Origin: Rotaria socialis
Lineage: Eukaryota
DNA length: 64,000 nucleotides
Assembly (NCBI GenBank): GCA_905331295.1
Contig: CAJNYD010000012.1
Location: 558,001-622,000 of the forward strand
Direction: 5' to 3'
Made by a program: the position numbers and the translations under genes. The notes under the pieces are model-generated. The model saw nothing but the letters and a program-made list of their open reading frames with translations, was not told where the DNA came from and did not search any database. Below, piece by piece: positions 1-13,825 of this stretch (the stretch's first letter is position 1; each line of letters opens with the position of its first letter).

Positions 1-959
1 TATCAGGATAGGTAAAGCAAGTACAATCATAGTGTAATATTTCTATTGATTTATAAAATCGGACTTCTACTATTTTGCCATCATCACTCGAGTTAACTTG
101 GATGACCAGAAAAAGATACTACGCACCAGGGATGGAAGTAGAAAAGGTCGAAACAAACGAAATATTCAGTTTTCAGTTTTTGTCTTATTCTCCACAGCAA
201 CTAAGCTCATATTCAACCAGAATTAACGCTCATGCTTAGTTTCTGAAAAATAGTAGAGCGCCTTGATGCAAAATAAGGCAACGTTCATATAAAGAATAAT
301 TATTAAAATAAATCGAAAATTTATTTTTGTATCCTATCCAAAAGAAGTGTTTGTATTATCCCGAAAAACTCGTGATGTGTTTTCGAGCCTATTTTTCTGG
401 CTTCGAATCAGCTCTGAATTTTCTTATTAGGATAATTGATCATTTTTTTAAAGTATACAATCTGATTAGTTTTCAAACTCCAAAACTTTTCATCTTACAT
501 AAAATCTCTTTTTACATGATGGCAATAATTTGTGTCTATAAGAAGATATACTATATATATTGAACAGTTATTCAAAAATATTCTCACATTGCTACCTATA
601 TATAGTTCATATAGGAGAGAAATCAGGTAAAAATTTAATGTTAATGAATATATCGGATGAAATAATTATTTTCATGTTGTTACACCAATCAAATCAGTTT
701 TATTCAAGTTTTTATGTTAGGGGGAGTAAGTTTATCAATTTTCACAGCAGTATGATTATAGGATTGATTTTTAATTGAAAATTCTGACGAGATTTGATAA
801 GAATAATCATGTATACTTACAGAAACTTTATTTTAGATTTCCGACGCTCTACTTTCGTCATGTATTCATAATTATTGTTTTGGTTTTGTTCTGTTCTGTT
901 GTGAATCATGTGTGTATGTTTGCACAAAGTGAAATTTGCAACGGGTTAACAGCATAAAC

Positions 960-3063
960 ATGCACACTTGTTATGATAATTTCCATGCTGGAATGTTTTT
1001 TGAATATTCTCGCGAGAAACAAGAAGAACTTATACATCGAGCTACTCGTCAAGGTCATGCATTTTCGCTTGAAACTTATCTAAATTATTACACTGCGGAA
1101 AATATAAACCAACAATATGTATATGGACGATCGAAATGGACTTTATTAATTGCTGCATGTTTTTATAGACATGAAAATATTGTACGTATGTTAATGCATC
1201 GTTTTAAACCCGATGTTGATGCAGTAGGTAATATCAAACTTGATTTTGTACATGATATAATGTACAGTGTGTCTCCATTATGGGTGGCCGTAGCTGTTGG
1301 TCATTTTGGAATTGTAAAATTATTAGTTGAAGAAGGTAATGCAAATGTAAATCATTTATCTATAACACGTAGTTCACCACTTCGTGCTGCTTCATATATC
1401 GGACGACTTGATATTGCTCGTTACTTAATTATGCATGGTGCTGATATGAAACTTGTTCGAGATGGAAACTATACGAATTTAATGTTAAGTGCTTATCGTG
1501 GACATGCACATATAGTAGAATATTTTCTTGATAAATTAGGATGTGATCCAAATGAATTTGATCGAGATGGCCGAACAGCATTACACTATGGTATGGATGG
1601 TGATTCAATCGAGGTTGTTCGACTACTATTAAAATATGGAACGAAAAATATTTCTCACAATACAATAAGTCCACTAATGTTAGCTGCGCTAGAAGCAAGA
1701 GAAAATTTAGTTGATGCTTTTGAAAATTATCGTTGTTCAGATATGGAATGGATTGAAGCAAGAGAAATACTTGGGGCAACCTATGCAAATATTGAATCGA
1801 AAAATTATAATATTGATAAAGCTATAGAACACATAACAATAGCATATAAATGGAGAATGGAAAAGAACCTTCCAAAAGCATCTCCATCTATTTTACCTAT
1901 TGAAGCATTTAACTATCCTCAAGAATGTCAAACATTAGAAGAATTTAATCATATTTTATCTGAATCGAATACTCGACTACATATTGAATCTTTATTGATA
2001 CAAGAAAGACTTTTAGGTCAGAAAAATAAACGATATCGTCATGCTGTACGGTTTTACGGTACTGTATTAGCTGATGCAAATCAATATCATGCATCACTTC
2101 AATTTTGGTTATATGAACTTAATATACGACGAGAACATAACATCAATTTTGATAAATGGCATTTACGTAGTTTCGTTCATATGTTTTCCGAAATGATAAA
2201 AAATAATATCGATATTATATCTGAAAAAGCTATACTAGAAATTTTAAAAGCACTTAATGACGAACTTGCAAATGGTAGTAGTAATGATCACAACTTATTT
2301 ACACTTTTCTATCTGATCACAGTTATTAGTCACGTAGGTTAATTTCTCTGAAAATTTTAAAGTTCTCTACCTTTTTTAAAATTATTTTTCATTCTAATAG
2401 TATTTGTTGTACAACCTTTTATATAATTATATATATATAAATTTGATCATAGGTATCGGAAGAACAACGACTGTCTACTTATATGATAGATATCTATCGA
2501 AAATTAGTGATATTTGTTCGAGCCAACTATACAACTAAAGAAAACTCACAACATTGGACTCTACTTCATCTAAGTATGATGATAGGACTACAAGGTCTAA
2601 ATGATAATCATATTATAAGCTTGTGCAAGTACGTATTCTATTTTTCATTTTTGAATTTCTAAGCAAGATTAGGTTGTTGCTGTTGTTTTTCTTTAAATCT
2701 AGATACCCATGTCATAAAACGATTGGTTTATTACTTCAATGTGGTGCCAACGTCGATAAGGTTGACTCAAAAAGAAATACTCCATTACATTTAATAGCTC
2801 AACGTAAATGTGATACTGATAATGTATTGTTTATAATTGATATGCTTTGCAATAATTTTGGAGCACATTCCGATTGCGTTAACGATCAAGGGAAAACACC
2901 TCTTGAAACTGCATCGAATATACGTGTCAAAGAACATCTCCGTAAGAAAATAGGTGTTGGTCAACTTAAATGTTTATGTGCTCGATTTATTCAACAAACA
3001 AAAGTTGTATTTCAAAATCATCATTTTCCTTTAAATCTGGTTAATTTTATTGAGAAACACTAA
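960..3063 (+). CDS. fem-1: Protein fem-1 homolog (ankyrin repeats, helical middle region, C-terminal BC/VHL-box); 3 exons approx. 960-2333, 2453-2628, 2703-3063
   Basis: Ankyrin repeats (SPLWVAVAVGHFGIVKLLVEEGNANVN, SPLRAASYIGRLDIARYL, TALHY) and a fem-1-type middle region (EARE.LGA, ESLLIQERLLG). GT-AG introns join in frame to YPC..IGLLLQCGANVD..NTPLH and the terminal LKCLCARFI. Confidence 0.9.
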
Positions 3064-4791
3064 ATATAAATTTGATCTCATGAATCTATGGCAAAACAAG
3101 AAAAATAATTTTTGAATGCTTTGCTTTTTTAAATATAGTGGTTAATAATCACTTTCTTTCTTAAAATGATTCCATAGATGAATTCATAATTGTCAAAATC
3201 AATTTATTCTTTTCATTTATCGAAATCAAATCAATTATTAGTTTTACTATAGATTTTCTAATTTTATTTTCTGAATAGACTGCTTCATCTATATGATTCA
3301 CAACATAAAAACATCCGTCTTTCCGAAGAGAAATTTGCGATATAGCAAAATCTGAAGTAAAACTATACTTCGGTTATGAGATTCTCTTTTTCATGTGCGA
3401 TTTTCAATAGATTCGAATCTCTCAAGTATTTCAAATTTAGAAATGAAATTCAGGCATTAAACATTTCAGAAAACTTGTTCTCATAAAAATCATCTGTATT
3501 TGCATTGCTATGTATTGGCACGTAGTTGCCTTCGACATGTGACGGCCTATGGTCATATCGGTGCACAGAACGAAACTATACCTTAATTGCTTTCGTTAGG
3601 ATCTTCCTGTAGACCTTGTAAACTGAGATCAACGATACAATTTATTACTAAATTAACAGAAAATTTTGATCATGTGTAGTGCTCATCTCTACTCGAGAAC
3701 ATTTCAAAAAAATTTTATTTCTTTATATTTATGAAAAATTATCAAAAATCTGCTTAAACAACTGATGAACTTGTGCTATTTCGATGAAACTATAATCTAT
3801 TTTTAAACTTATATTTTAGTTTATTCTATGTTCTAGGATTTTTCAAATGATTTTTTCCTTAATTCAAATTTTTTAAGGGATTCTAATTAATAAAGCTTCG
3901 TTAATCTTTTTTAATCAATTCAAAAAGGATTCAAAAACACCAAAACACTACAAAAAACCTAAAAATCGTACTACTAGAGTTTCGACTACAATGCACTAAA
4001 AGCAATGCCATTTGAATTAATTTTCGATGAAGAAATGAATCTTCTTAGACAAATGTCTTGTCTTTTTCGTAAAATGAAGGTGTGATACTAGTGGTGTATG
4101 CATCGAATAATAAATCATCATTCAATTAGAATAAGAATTCTTTTAATAGCAATGTGACATTCATTTCTTTGTTATATCTTGTCCTGGTGGTAATCTCTGA
4201 TCAGTATGAAAGATTGATCTCCTTTCTTTTCACAGATATATAACTATATAGAAAAAAAAAATCAATAGAATATTTAACTATCATATTGTTTGATAGACAC
4301 AGAATCAAAAATTTTTGTAGTTGATATAGATATTTATTTGTACAGAGTCAGATATAATTATTATTATTTATTTTAATCTAACATATACTTTGTTAGAAAT
4401 ATATACAACTACATCCATATTCATTTGATTGAACTTATATTTATTCTATTATAAATAACTTTACTGTATGATAAATGAAAAATAATTATTTTCTTATCAG
4501 AATTAATACTGTAGTTACTTCGCATTTGTCAAATACTAAATCAAAACTTTGACATATTCAAGAAATAAAATAAAAAGATATCTATTGCTTTTGCAAATAC
4601 TAGAAATAAAATTAATAACAACAATCGATTTTTTGAGACTTGATGTAAAATACAAATAAGTTTTTCAGAAAGAATAAAAACACAAATATCAGTTTGTTTC
4701 TTTATTTGTAATGAAAATTAGTGAGAAAATACTGTTTTTTTCTTACATGAAGCTGAAAATATTTCAAGAAAAAGATAATAAAATAAAATAA

Positions 4792-5724
4792 TCAAACGAT
4801 TCTGGCATATTCATCATAAATATTTGAATCAGGCATTGTTTCTCGAATATGATCTAATTGTTCAAATAAAATTCCATAATCATCTTGTCCAAACCGTGGC
4901 CGAATAGATATAACAGGATCTGGTAAACCATTTATTAAAGTTTTATAGTTAAGTAAATTATAATAACTATCATCTTCATCATTATTACTGGTTGTAGTTT
5001 CCTCGTGCTCTTTCTCTCCTTTTCCCTCTTCTATATCGTATTCGGGCATTTTCGGACGAATATCTCGTAATTGAGTACCAATGGAAGAAGTTGAGTGTAG
5101 AAGAATTGGTAAAAGTGATGTATTTCGTTTGAGCATCGTTGAATGTGGAGTTGTCGATGAACTTGATGATGCATAGGTATAACGATCTGTTGTTAATTCT
5201 TCGTCGTTGGTTAATTGTATGATACCTGGCAGTTGAGTTCCTTCTCTAACAAATCTAGACTGTTTATCATCGATCAAACGAGGTATTTGTAATATTGACA
5301 TCGTTAGTGGAGAGGTTGGAGATTGTTTCGAAACCGAATGTTGAGTCTTTCTGGACGATGCACGTGATTTTCTATTCGATTCATGAGATGTACGATAAGC
5401 AAGAGAGTCAGAAGGCAGTGGATGAGGAGGAGGAGGAGGATTTAGTCGACTGTATAAAGTATTAAACGCTTTATTGCCTTTTTTACGTTTCGTTTTTTGT
5501 TTTTGTTGCTGCTGTTTCGAATATTGTGAACAGGTACTTGATGAGTTACTTGTACTAATGATTACACTATCATTTGAATCATTTTTTTGAGGCGTTGAAT
5601 GATGCATTTTAGAACCGGATATTTTGACACGTTCGAGTGGTTTTTGTTTACGACGTAATCCTAGTTTTCTAATGGTTGCTCTGTTATTATTTTCTTGATC
5701 GTCAATTGCCGTACCGATTGATGC
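4792..5724 (-). CDS. Uncharacterised Ser/Thr/Gln-rich protein, terminal exon
   Basis: 271-aa ORF; the frame stays open upstream to a probable splice acceptor near 5725. No recognisable domain. Confidence 0.55.
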   Translation of the reverse strand, partial: ASIGTAIDDQENNNRATIRKLGLRRKQKPLERVKISGSKMHHSTPQKNDSNDSVIISTSNSSSTCSQYSKQQQQKQKTKRKKGNKAFNTLYSRLNPPPPPHPLPSDSLAYRTSHESNRKSRASSRKTQHSVSKQSPTSPLTMSILQIPRLIDDKQSRFVREGTQLPGIIQLTNDEELTTDRYTYASSSSSTTPHSTMLKRNTSLLPILLHSTSSIGTQLRDIRPKMPEYDIEEGKGEKEHEETTTSNNDEDDSYYNLLNYKTLINGLPDPVISIRPRFGQDDYGILFEQLDHIRETMPDSNIYDEYARIV

Positions 5725-7101
5725 CTATCATCAAAAGAAAGAAAGAAAGAATAAACTAAACATTGATTAAAAACAGAGATTCGAATGCAGACATTTCCGT
5801 CACTTTGTATTATCAAATGCCACTTTTAATTGATTCTTTTCGGCTTATTCTCGTGAGGAAATTCTTTTGAAGGAAATTAGTTTTTCTATTCAACGAACAA
5901 AGCTTGAAATAGTAATAAAGGATATAAATATAGGTATGAACAAGATGGCAGTTGACTCGATGCAAATTTTTAAGTTTTCAAAGTACTCGACGAATAATTG
6001 TGTAGTTTTTACAGATATTTTGAATTATTTGCACGAAAATGAAAAATATTAACAAGATTACATCGTTGCGAGAGATTTTTTGAAAAGGAACGATGTTATC
6101 AAAAGCTAAATGTTTTTATAATTCAATCTATTTGATATAAAACAAAATAGTAATTTAGTTCTAAGAATTTAAAACCAATTGAACTCAATAGATAACTCAA
6201 GTTGTTGTTATGATTCTGTCTGTTTGTCTCTCCATATACATATAAATTATTCAGTCTATACAAAATATTAACTTTAGAGAACTAAAATTGTTTGTGATTT
6301 TGTGAAACAAAGCGACTGTTGTATGTATAAAAATAACTGAACGTTTAAATGGCTCTTATGAGAATGGCAATTATGTTTATTTGGATGTTGACGAAATATT
6401 AATGTCCTCGGTACGATTATATCATAGATGTTTTGTTTGGCGAACACGTTTCGAATACTTTTTGTATGAGAAACATACATATATATATTTTTTTTCTTTT
6501 GTCTATTTACCATCGATTCTGTATAGTTTAAAAATACTTCAATTCGTGTAAATCAACATTTTGAAACACTGTCATCAAAGTATTTCATAGTGTAGTTTCA
6601 ATTCATTATTGACATATTTTAACTGTTTAGAGATTTTTCTACTTGAAATATGTTGACAACTTTTTAAAATACTGATGATTCTCAATTCTAGATGAAGTAT
6701 CGAGAAGAAAAAACACACATCGTCGATGTGTTCCAACGAAAACCTTACAAGAGAGTAACACATGTACATATATGTATCCAATACCTATCGAATTTGGTTC
6801 ATGGTCAATACTATTAATTAAGAGACATGGAATCAGTTGATGTTTTTGTAATCGAAAGGAACCGATTCAAAACTTCTAATAAGTTCGTAAATCTATTCGA
6901 GTATTAAGTTTAGATTGTATCTATGTATTTGTTTTTAATCATCGAACAATACGAAGCCAATGGAGGTTTTCAAAAAAAAACAATTTTTAAAACACATCGG
7001 TCTCATCTCTGTTTATTAATTTAATCATTAATTACTTTTTTTCTCAATGAACCAAACTTAAATCATATCAATCAAGTTAAAAAGAAAGATTTTCTCTTGT
7101 A

Positions 7102-7770
7102 TCAGTAATTAAATATTTTAGTATACGAGTAATACTTATTCAAAAGAAAGTTGCTGTATATTTTTAAAAACGTTTTCACTACTAATAGATTATTCTTATT
7201 TATCTGACTCACTGATTCTTGTAATGATCTTCTACTATTGCATGCTTTGAAAGAATTATCACCAATGAATTTCCTTTGTTTTGTTTTGATTAATTTTCGC
7301 AATGTAATTAAATCTTGTTGGATTCTTGAGTGTAGTGGATCTAGTTCAATTGAATTCTTTTCATTGTTTTCTTTTCCCGATGTTGTTGTAGCAATGTAAT
7401 CATTAATACGATAACTTTTTTGTTCAACATTTAACTTTTGTGCTATTCCCGGTATATTTTTCGATGTATCTTGTGCAGTTGCTGGCACATCTTGAAAAGA
7501 TGTTGAAGAATCACATGTAGGAGTTACAAAAGAATTATTTCGAACAAGTGTTGCCACTTCTTGCCATTGTCTTTTCATAGATCGATAATGATGAAGACGT
7601 TGAGTAACACGTGTATTAAAATATTGTAAAACTGTTGTTGATGGTTGTGATGTAAAAGTCACAAGAGAATTTTGTGCTTGACTTTCAAATCTATCTTTAA
7701 TATCCTTCATGTAGGATGCCGTATGACGCGATGAACAGGGAATAGAAGCCATTCTACTGTTCAATAACAT
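7102..7770 (-). CDS. Uncharacterised protein exon, possibly an upstream exon of the 4792-5724 gene
   Basis: 222-aa ORF with protein-like composition; its 3' end runs into intron-like AT-rich sequence. Confidence 0.45.
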   Translation of the reverse strand: MLLNSRMASIPCSSRHTASYMKDIKDRFESQAQNSLVTFTSQPSTTVLQYFNTRVTQRLHHYRSMKRQWQEVATLVRNNSFVTPTCDSSTSFQDVPATAQDTSKNIPGIAQKLNVEQKSYRINDYIATTTSGKENNEKNSIELDPLHSRIQQDLITLRKLIKTKQRKFIGDNSFKACNSRRSLQESVSQINKNNLLVVKTFLKIYSNFLLNKYYSYTKIFNY

Positions 7771-7918
7771 GATCTTTTTTTTCTTCTTTCAACAAAATGA
7801 ATACTTAATGATATAAAAATAGAATTTATTTTAATCAATCAGCTGCTTGCTTTTGTCACTCTATCGTCAATTTAAAAACAAAATATATACACAAAAGTTT
7901 TTCATCATTCTTACTCGT

Positions 7919-7919
<1 letters not shown>

Positions 7920-7966
<47 letters not shown>
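7920..7966. repeat. Compound (TA)n(TG)n microsatellite
   Basis: Directly visible. Confidence 0.95.
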
Positions 7967-8930
7967 ATGAGTGCCAATGTATTTTATATTATGATTTCAT
8001 CCACCTACTAGAGGTCGGAAATGAGAAGTAAATAGAATGTTACTCCGAAAATAATATGTGTGTATTTTCTTTTCTAAAATCGATTTGAATATACACACCA
8101 TAGGATTACCACTGAGTGTGTGTACTCAGAAAAAAAGAAGAGAGGAGAGAGAGAAAGGCAAAGAAAAGAAGACTTATTGTACGATTTAAGACTGTAAAAA
8201 TAGTATCAGACAGAATGCCTTTGCATTTCTACTCTAAGACAATATCTTCGTCTTATTATAAAAAAGAAAGAATTAACAAATATATTTTAATTGAAATCTA
8301 CAACATATTTTTCATTTGAATTTAGCTTTTGCTTCGAAATAATTCGTAATTTATTAAAAATAATGATATTTTTCGGTTGCATAAATTAGCATTAGAAATA
8401 ATTTTGAATTTTTTGATTCAATTGCTCGGCTTGACTACGACAAATAGAAGAATAAAACAATATTGATTTGATATAATTTTGTTTTGTTACTATATGCATA
8501 AATAGTCGTAGACATGTGTCGAGCGATACAGTGTTTTCTTAAGAAACAAACTTTTAACATTGTCTCAGAATATGAAAATCATTTGATGTGAACTTAAGTT
8601 ATCTAATATGACTGATGCAATAGATAGGCAAGCGAAAAAAACTGAAAGCGTATTGATCAGATTGTTATGAATGAGTTCAGATCATGTAACAGAAAAAGAA
8701 AAGAAAAGAAAATAACTTTAGCATAGTTTTATATTTTAATTAATTTCGTATTAGAAAATTAATTAGTATTACATTGAATTCAAATGATTACACATGTTAC
8801 CACTGTTATCTTTCGATACATTTAAATAGAATTATTATGACTATTATATAACTTATATAACTTTTTTCTTTTCTTTGTTCGATTAAAACAGTATTAGTTA
8901 TTGATTATATGTAATAAATTTGGTTTCATT

Positions 8931-9853
8931 TTTTGTGTACTCAAAAAGTGAGTACACTCTAGAATCGGTCAGTGTGTCCGTCCGGCCGTCCGTTTACACA
9001 ATAACTTTGGAAAGGAGAGTTAGATCATGATGAAATTTTCTACAGTTCAGCGTCATCAATGTCTCAGTCGAGTTCGAAGATGAGAAGGATCCGTCAAGAA
9101 ATGATTGAGTTATCGAAAAAATTGTCATTATTGACCAGACCATCCCTGAGGGGGAGCACAGGGATTTTTCAAAAAAACGTTTTTTCCTCAGAATTATCCA
9201 CAACATATATAAATCGACTCAGTTTTTAACGCTGATTTTGAATCTAATATTAGTTTTGGAAAAAATCGTAGTTTTTTAACGAAACATTGACTGAAAAAGG
9301 TCTCAAATACACAAAAACTGCATCTAGAAACCAAATTGCCTAGATATGTTTCAGATGACCAGCAGTTTGGGGGTTTCTCAAATGCCTGGTTTTGTAGCTA
9401 GTCAAAAAGACTGTCGAAAGGTAAAAACCCGAACTCGATAGCTATTACTATTGATGATTTATTATGAAAATACTGATGCCTGTATCTATCATATATCTCT
9501 TATAAATTCATGAGGTTGCTTACGATCGTAATCCTGCTAGATACAAACACAAAACCATTCAAAAATAACTGTTCTTATCCAGTTTTCGAATCTGAACACG
9601 AATTTGAGCTCGATTTCTGTGATCTCTAAAGATATTATATCACGCTGAGAGTAGAGTCAGTGATCACTGGATAGCGTTGCATACAGTGTGGTCCAGGCTA
9701 ACTTAGCATGCCTGTATTTTCTCCTTGTAATTTAGTGAGAAGGGATGTATCTTGATGAGATCTATGCCTTACAGGAAAAAAATAGATGTACATTTTCGCT
9801 TTTTGAAGTACACATAACAATCGGATGCAAATCCGATGTTTCCGCATTTATTT
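8931..9853 (+). mobile_element. Non-autonomous Helentron derivative (HINE/DINE-1-like)
   Basis: 5' T-run, then hairpin GTGTACTCA-aaaag-TGAGTACAC (8935-8957) and a GTCC-like microsatellite (~8976-8993). At the 3' end, the inverted copy CTTTTTGAAGTACAC (9799-9813), stem-loop ATCGGAT-gcaa-ATCCGAT (9820-9837) and a T-rich tail. Confidence 0.8.
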
Positions 9854-10277
9854 AAGTATGTTTTTTGACATGTTTTAGGGTCTTGAATTTTAAGTGGAAA
9901 TAAAATAATAACGATTTAATACAAAAGAAATAATGCTATTGTTTTGTTTTTGTTCTATTCGAAATTAATTAAATAAAAGTGTCATGTGGTGACCGTATTT
10001 GCCTATTTGATATGTATATTGGTTGGTTGATTAGCAGACTTATTTTATCTATTAGAATCATGGTTAACGAGATCAGAGAAAAATAAAATTGCTATTGCAT
10101 AAATATTACTGTCTATCATTATCATATAAACGTTATATTTTGCTGCTTAGCTAATATATACGACCACGCATATTTATATTTTCGATAGCAGCGGTAATGA
10201 AAATATGAAATTATGAAAGTTATAATTTTGATAGAATCAGATTTTTCCTAGTAGGCCACAATACGAGGTAATTGAGA

Positions 10278-10650
10278 TTATAAACCTTGTTCTTTTACAA
10301 CAAAATTTATTAGAATTTGTTTTAAAAATAGCTTAGAAATATAATATGGATTAGGTAAATTAGTTATCATATAAAATCGAAAATCTTTAATATATTCAAC
10401 TTTATAATCACCCAATTTGAATATATCAACACGATCAATACGTTTAACAGCACACATCACAAGAGAATCTAATGATGGATCAAGTTTTTCTTTAATATTT
10501 CGACAAAGGCATGTACGATTAGAACAAATAATTACATTCTTCAATAAAATGTCAATAATCAAATGTTTGAAGATCAGTAAGATGTAAATTATTTGACATT
10601 TTCATTTTTTTTTAATCTATTTTATCGCTTGAGCTTGTGAATCAATTATT
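10278..10650 (-). pseudogene. Isolated, degraded dynein heavy chain fragment (AAA5/D5 motor region)
   Basis: IIDSQAQAIK*IKK (stop at the conserved W, then a frameshift), followed by LDPSLDSL...KLGDYKVEY.KDFRFYMITNLPNPYY...LINFVVKEQGL. Confidence 0.8.
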
Positions 10651-13600
10651 CTAATAAAAAAAAACAAATGCAAAATCTTTAGCTCAGTGGCGGTGGAGCC
10701 ATTGAGACATGTGACGCTCAGCCTCACCGAACTTTGGGCTTGACATCCGACGATAATATATTGTGTTCAAATGGCGGGAGCACTTGTGCATGGATGTCGC
10801 AAGCAGGAGGTGACTTCCTTAGCAATCGGATATTGCTTTATTATTCTGACTGAAAGATAGGGTTTCTTATGAGATATGGAGAGCCTAATAGCTTCTTCGC
10901 AAAAATCCGGATTCAAGCGGTAGTTCTCAACAAAACAAATTCTATAGAAATATCAAAAGTTTTTCGCTTCGCGAAAATGTAGCAACTATCTTAGTATGGT
11001 CAACTTAAAAGCCCTTTGAAGTTTTTGTAAACAGCTTCGTTTTGAAATAGTCATTGGAAACATGAACGCTTCGGTGGCAAAAGTATTGAATAGCCAGTTA
11101 GATTTCTCGTTCCCACACTCTACTTCCACTTTCTTGCTTTTTATTCCTCTGCCTAACAAAACGAAAAAAAATGAACACAGGAAAAAAATCGTGGCTTATA
11201 AAATAACAGAAGAACGAACCAAAGAAAAAAGAAAGCAGATCATCCAATACCTTTATCTCCTATCCTAACATAGCCTCTTTTGAATTGAATCGGAAGACAT
11301 TTTGTTTTCACAATGCGTAAAATTTATTCTATTCATGGCAATTTAACGACTACACGAACGGCATAGGCAGCTGTAGAGATTTCAAGATTTTTTTCAGAAA
11401 TTTAGTTTCTTTTAAAACTGCTTCATTTTTAACCAAATCTTGGTACACTTCTATACTTGTGATAGTTTGTGATCCACGAGCGAACAAAGAAAACTGAATT
11501 TTGAAGCTTTTGAACGTATCTCTTGTTATCCGTTTTTTTTTGTTGTTGATTTACTGGAATTGAAAAACACATTTGCTTGATGGTTTGGTATAAGTTTGAT
11601 AGTAGAATTTTGCATGGAGAAACCCTATAAGTCTCAGTTAGATTCAAAACGCTACGTCGCCTCTGCTTTAGCTAAAAAACCAAATTCTTACAAAAGTCAA
11701 TATATTCCATGGGTTACTTTAATAAAATTTTGTTTTTCATGGAACTGTAGTCTTTTTATGGCAAAGTCAGATAAAGTAGGCGATAGATTCACTCTATATA
11801 AACTAGCTATTTTTTAACATGATCATCGACATAAAGACTCGCCAAATCACAGGAAAAATTCTCCTACAAATAACCAGCATCGTCATCTCTTTTTTCTGAT
11901 GTGTACATCGTGAAAGCTATTGTAATTTAATTTATTTGGGATTTTATATAAAACAAGGATCATAAATTTATCTGTCTTGGAAATAATTTATTGTTGTTGA
12001 ATCAGAGATGAAATATTGCAATTGTGAACAGTCACAATGAATAGCAATTAGATGTGACAGATAAGAATATACAAGAGTTATTAACTAGGAAATTCCTTCG
12101 AAGGGTTCAAGTCACAAGCTAGAGTATTTTTAACAGAACTTTAATTATAATTCATCGTAGGCATTTATTAGACTGTATCTCTGAACTTTGGAAAGAATGA
12201 ATTTTAGCGACTAATAAAAATAAAGTTAAGATAAAATGGAGTCTGAATATATTATCTTTATTAGAATTTATATGACTATATAAGTTCGAGGATTAAAAAT
12301 TAAAAACTTTTAGTTTTAATTTAATTAAAAATTAAATTGATAGTTGAAAATAAGTTGAACAGTTTTTCTTGAATTTTAATTTTTGTTCGTAAAGAAAAAC
12401 CTACGATTAAATAGCTAATTTACTATTATTTATCAAATATCGACAAAAATCTTGAATTCTACAAGAAAAAAAAATGCATGAATATTATTTCAATTTCATA
12501 AGGTGTGATATAAATAGATCGTATGTTCGAATATCTAGTGATTTTATTGTCATCAAGTTAGTGATTACTAATCACTGATTAGTAATTTTGATGTTTGTTT
12601 TCTTTTACAAATATCCTAGAAATTTGAATATGACGCTTTCTATTCTATCACGACACTATCAAGTGACTTCTTTATCATTATTTTGTACCTCGTATCACTA
12701 TCTATTTATTTTCGTTCGCACCCCGTCATGTAGACAGAATATACTAAGGGCAAAATTAATCGCATTTTTCTACCTAGTCGACGCGAAACCATACCTATAG
12801 TTATAAACATAACCTTATATAAAATACCTTGGTAATAAGTATTACATGAAAAAAAAGCAACCCTAACGTTATGCTTACATAAAAAAATATTCACGTCACT
12901 ACAATTTTATTTTTGTACCCAGAAAAATATCTATCATAGAGCAAAACATATGTACTAATCACTTAGTAAGTCTCAAAAATGTTTTTGGACTACTGTCACT
13001 ATGGTATTAAAAATATCAGCAATTATTATTGTTATTACTTTACTTTATTCAAAATGAAGGGAGAAAAGAAGAAGAAAAAGAAAGAAAAAAGAAAAAGCAC
13101 ATGTATACATGTAGGGGTGAGCGCGGTCGTTGGCTTCTATCGCACGAAACATTTTATGAGGTTCTCACTCGTTCGATTCTTCATTCTCCTAGACGATCGT
13201 CGATATTATAACAACTGCCATCATCATAGTTGATATGGAAGGTAACTAACAACGTACACAAACAAAACAAAGAGTATGTATATTTTCACAAATAGTTTAT
13301 CTAAAACCAACGTACGATTTTTGAAAGTCCAATAAATTCCTCGTCACTTTCATTCCAGGATACTAGCCATGATGTATCTATAAATATCTTTGTAATGTTG
13401 CAGGCAATATTCTGATCTTTTTATTCTTATCATTTAACAATTACATTCGAGCCAAAAGGGCACTAAAGCGATAAAACAATCAAATATACAAGCAGCTGTC
13501 ACAAAATATGCTTTAAAAATGCATAATAGTGCAAAAGCGAATAAAAACAAGCCAAACTTTATAAAAATATATTTAGTGATTGTCATGTGATTATACTTGA

Positions 13601-13825
13601 ATCTCTAAGAAAGTCAAGTATTTTTTATGATCGTGTTTTTGACAATATAGAAATTTATCATAGTTTTATTGCTAGAAATCATCTGTAATTGACTTTGTTT
13701 CCATTGAAATATTGGAAAAAAATGAATTTCTTATATTTTTTTCGTAATTATTCTTTCTGTAGTCTATATTTGATTGATTTTGCAATGTAGTTAAAATATT
13801 TCTTTCTTTTAGATAGAACTAAAAA

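Noticed and set aside
1429..1788. 119-aa antisense ORF within fem-1
   Set aside because: Shadow ORF with no independent evidence.
10685..12240. Possible hAT relic starting CAGTGGCGG
   Set aside because: No matching right end, TSD or convincing transposase motif found.
12979..13233. Lys-rich short ORFs upstream of the PAQR gene
   Set aside because: Arise from A-rich low-complexity sequence; more likely promoter or 5' UTR.
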